DNA of 64,000 nucleotides from Psilocybe cubensis (Eukaryota): NCBI GenBank assembly GCA_017499595.2, contig CM039008.1, positions 2,604,001 to 2,668,000 of the forward strand, read 5' to 3'. Shown piece by piece: positions 61,946 to 64,000 of this stretch (position 1 is its first letter; each line of letters starts with the position of its first letter). The notes under the pieces were generated by a model. It saw only the letters and a program-made list of their open reading frames with translations, ran no database searches and was not told where the DNA came from. The position numbers and the translations under genes were made by a program.

Positions 61946-62291
61946 GCGCCCCGGCGGGTTTTTCTTGTTGTTATCTTTTCTTCATTTTCTTGTTGCTTTC
62001 TTGTTGCTTTCTTGTTGCTTTCGGTTTATCGCTATCGCTTCGTATTATTGTACATATATCCCTGAATTTTACCATTTGATTCGCTATATTTGTATCATAC
62101 TCATTGAAGACTCATAATCTCATTTCTGAATAATAAAACTCCTTAACATTCGCGGACATCTGTGGCCTATGTTATTTCATGAAGCTTGAAACAACATTTT
62201 TTTTATTACCAAACAAGCGTCGTCAGCACCTTTAGAGGCAAATTAACGCGTGTTTGCCGTTTGGATACCTGCTGCACCGGCACCTGCTGAC

Positions 62292-62645
62292 TCAGTCCTG
62301 CCCTTGTCCCTGCTGCAGCTGACTCTGACTCTGTACCATGCGTATCGACGAGCTGCGCGACTGCGACGGCGCCGTGTTTGTCTCGTACCCTTCGCCATCC
62401 GTGCGGTCCGCGTCCGTCTGCGGCTTCTGGTAGGTATCCTGCTCCTGCTCGAGATCCTCCTCTGTGAACTCTCCCAGTACGGGTTCCGTGTCCAGGAAGG
62501 TATCCTATTGAAAAAAAAAAGACTGTCAATGTCAATAAAAACACGCACATAGAGAAAGAAGTAAAAAAAAGAAAAGGAAAAAAAAAGAGATAAAACACGC
62601 ACCATCACCAAAAACAAATTCTTCTTATCATGGAAACTCCACTCA
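62292..62645 (-). pseudogene. Fragment of an AGC-type protein kinase gene with one intron and a large internal deletion
   Basis: WSFHDKKNLFLVM (kinase subdomain IV-V-like) | intron GTGCGT...TTCAATAG | DTFLDTEPVLGEF...EQDTYQKPQTDADRTDGE...PSQSRSSS, which resembles an AGC C-terminal tail as I recall it, then a stop. Confidence 0.6.
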
Positions 62646-62649
62646 CAGC

Positions 62650-63700
62650 GGTCCTAACAGAAATCACACCACGCATGTCGTCAACACAAGCAACTCAGCA
62701 AGAAAGAGACGTCAATCTTACAGATGTTCTCCGGGGGCCACTACAATGCCAAAGAATTGAGCGTCTGCGGATGGGGCGAGAATGGATGCAGGACAATGGG
62801 CTAGCTATGGAACGTTTGGTATCAGTTACGCATGCCAGGAAAGCGAGACGCATCAGGCTCCGATTTCGGGTGTATGCGGATGCGCAGGACTTCAGGGCAT
62901 ACGCAAACAGCAGAGCGGCGATGACGGGTTCCACACATCGGGCACTGATAGAAACAAACAGCGCCAGATTCAGCGTAGCCTCCTGGAACTGCAACGGAGG
63001 ACTCGCGGCATCAATCCATACGCCAATGTATAGGGATCTCGTACTATCTAATGATGTTACCTTCTTCCAGGAAACACACATGGCGCCAGGGCAAGAGGAT
63101 ATTCTGGATCTACCTCGCGGTTTTCATCCAGTGGCACGATCGCGACCATGGCGGCACCCCCTGGGCGGCGTCACTGTAATTATACGGGACACTGTAAAAT
63201 ATAGAATATGCGACGAGATCATGCACCCAGATATACTGGTCCTTGAGCTCCCATCCCTAATCCTAATCTGCTCGTATCTTGTGCCAGAGAACTCCAGATG
63301 GGAATCTTGGACGCATGTGGACCCTAAGACATGGCTGGGGGAGGCTATCGAATATTTGTGTCTTGCGATCCAAGGCATACATGATTATAGGCGACCTGAA
63401 CGCGCGTATAGGCCTGCAACAAGCAGCGGGATCGCACTTAGTACGAGTGTCTCCAGATAATACCTGCATTGCTAGAGGGAATCGCCTACTGGAAATCATG
63501 GGGCAGAATTCTCTGCATGTCGTGAATGGGACACCAATCGACCGAACGCCGTTCCCACAGTGGACCTCCAGTCAGGCCAACGGAGGCCGCTCTGTCATTG
63601 ACTACATCATCGTCTCGGAAGACGCGCTCCTGTCGTTGGAAGCCATGGAGATAACATGGGTTGGAGGAAGAGTGGATGACCATGCAGGGATACATGTGGA
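62650..63700 (+). mobile_element. Non-LTR (LINE) ORF2 fragment: APE-like endonuclease domain, frameshifted, no RT
   Basis: VASWNCNG, TFFQETH, GGVTVII, CSYLVP, frameshift near 63370, IIGDLNARIG, RGNRLL, SVIDYIIVS, DDHAGI; ends immediately after the domain. Confidence 0.8.
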
Positions 63701-64000
63701 GATGAGATCTTCTCTCACTCTTGGGCTGATCGTCTCAATAACGCCGCTCACGCGTTCATAAACCGCGAACACGATCGCCTGCCCGGGTGCCACGCGCAGC
63801 ACGCGGGGGTGATGCCCTTGTAGAATGACCGCACGCCCTCCATCTTCCACATATCTGCCGCGATCGCGAATATGCGCTGGAAGGAGGATTGGCCTGGAGT
63901 TGCTTTGGCTTTTTGTAGACCTGATATAATTGATTTGAGTAAGAGAGGCTAAGAAAGTGTAGTTAAAAAGGGACGTACGAGTTTTGATAGTGTCTATTGG
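63700..64000 (-). pseudogene. SFC1: 3' part of a mitochondrial succinate/fumarate carrier (SFC1-like) gene; frameshifted, no nearby stop codon
   Basis: PIDTIKT|RLQK (PxDxxKxR, with intron)...EGVRSFYKGITP/RVLRVAPGQAIVFAVYE. One base is missing in the G run at 63805-63809, and the frame continues into the antisense LINE sequence. Confidence 0.75.

Larger units (their letters stand above)
60375..64000. mobile_element. Left part of a putative CACTA/CMC-type element with subterminal repeats and possible captured fragments; right end not seen
   Basis: Starts CACTGCGGGCTCCG directly after TCA at the GH30 breakpoint; about 400 bp of direct and inverted TGTTTGA/TCAAACA repeats follow, then a mosaic of unrelated degenerate gene pieces. 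Extent is inferred. Confidence 0.65.

Noticed and set aside
1-64000. tRNA, rRNA, snRNA genes and telomeric repeats
   Set aside because: None recognised by eye; tRNAscan-SE and Infernal would be needed to exclude intron-containing tRNAs or snoRNAs.

Overview
Intron-rich fungal genomic DNA, almost certainly from an agaric basidiomycete (inferred from the gene families and the short GT-AG introns). Recognisable genes, in order: a clade III terpene synthase (runs off the left edge), an SDR, an F-box-like protein, a tyrosinase, a tandem pair of small secreted amphipathic prepro-peptides, a KRE6/SKN1 GH16 gene, a secreted protein made of two repeated domains, an MFS sugar porter, a GH25 lysozyme, two inverted BTB/POZ paralogs, a DUF6534-like membrane gene split into micro-exons, a KRE6-like paralog lacking the GH16 domain, an LSL-like lectin/aerolysin pore-former, a PX-domain protein, a second F-box-like protein and a GH30 beta-1,6-glucanase. 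The GH30 gene is cut mid-exon by a CACTG-ended element followed by host-gene fragments (AGC kinase, SFC1-like carrier) and a LINE endonuclease fragment. A complete 1-kb non-autonomous CACTA/CMC element with a 3-bp target-site duplication is also present. Best novelty candidates: (1) the cecropin-like helix-hinge-helix secreted peptide pair at 14.1-16.8 kb, (2) the putative Pack-CACTA element from 60.4 kb, (3) the KRE6 paralog without a catalytic domain. All family calls rest on motif recognition or recalled sequences, not database searches, and exon boundaries were inferred by eye.
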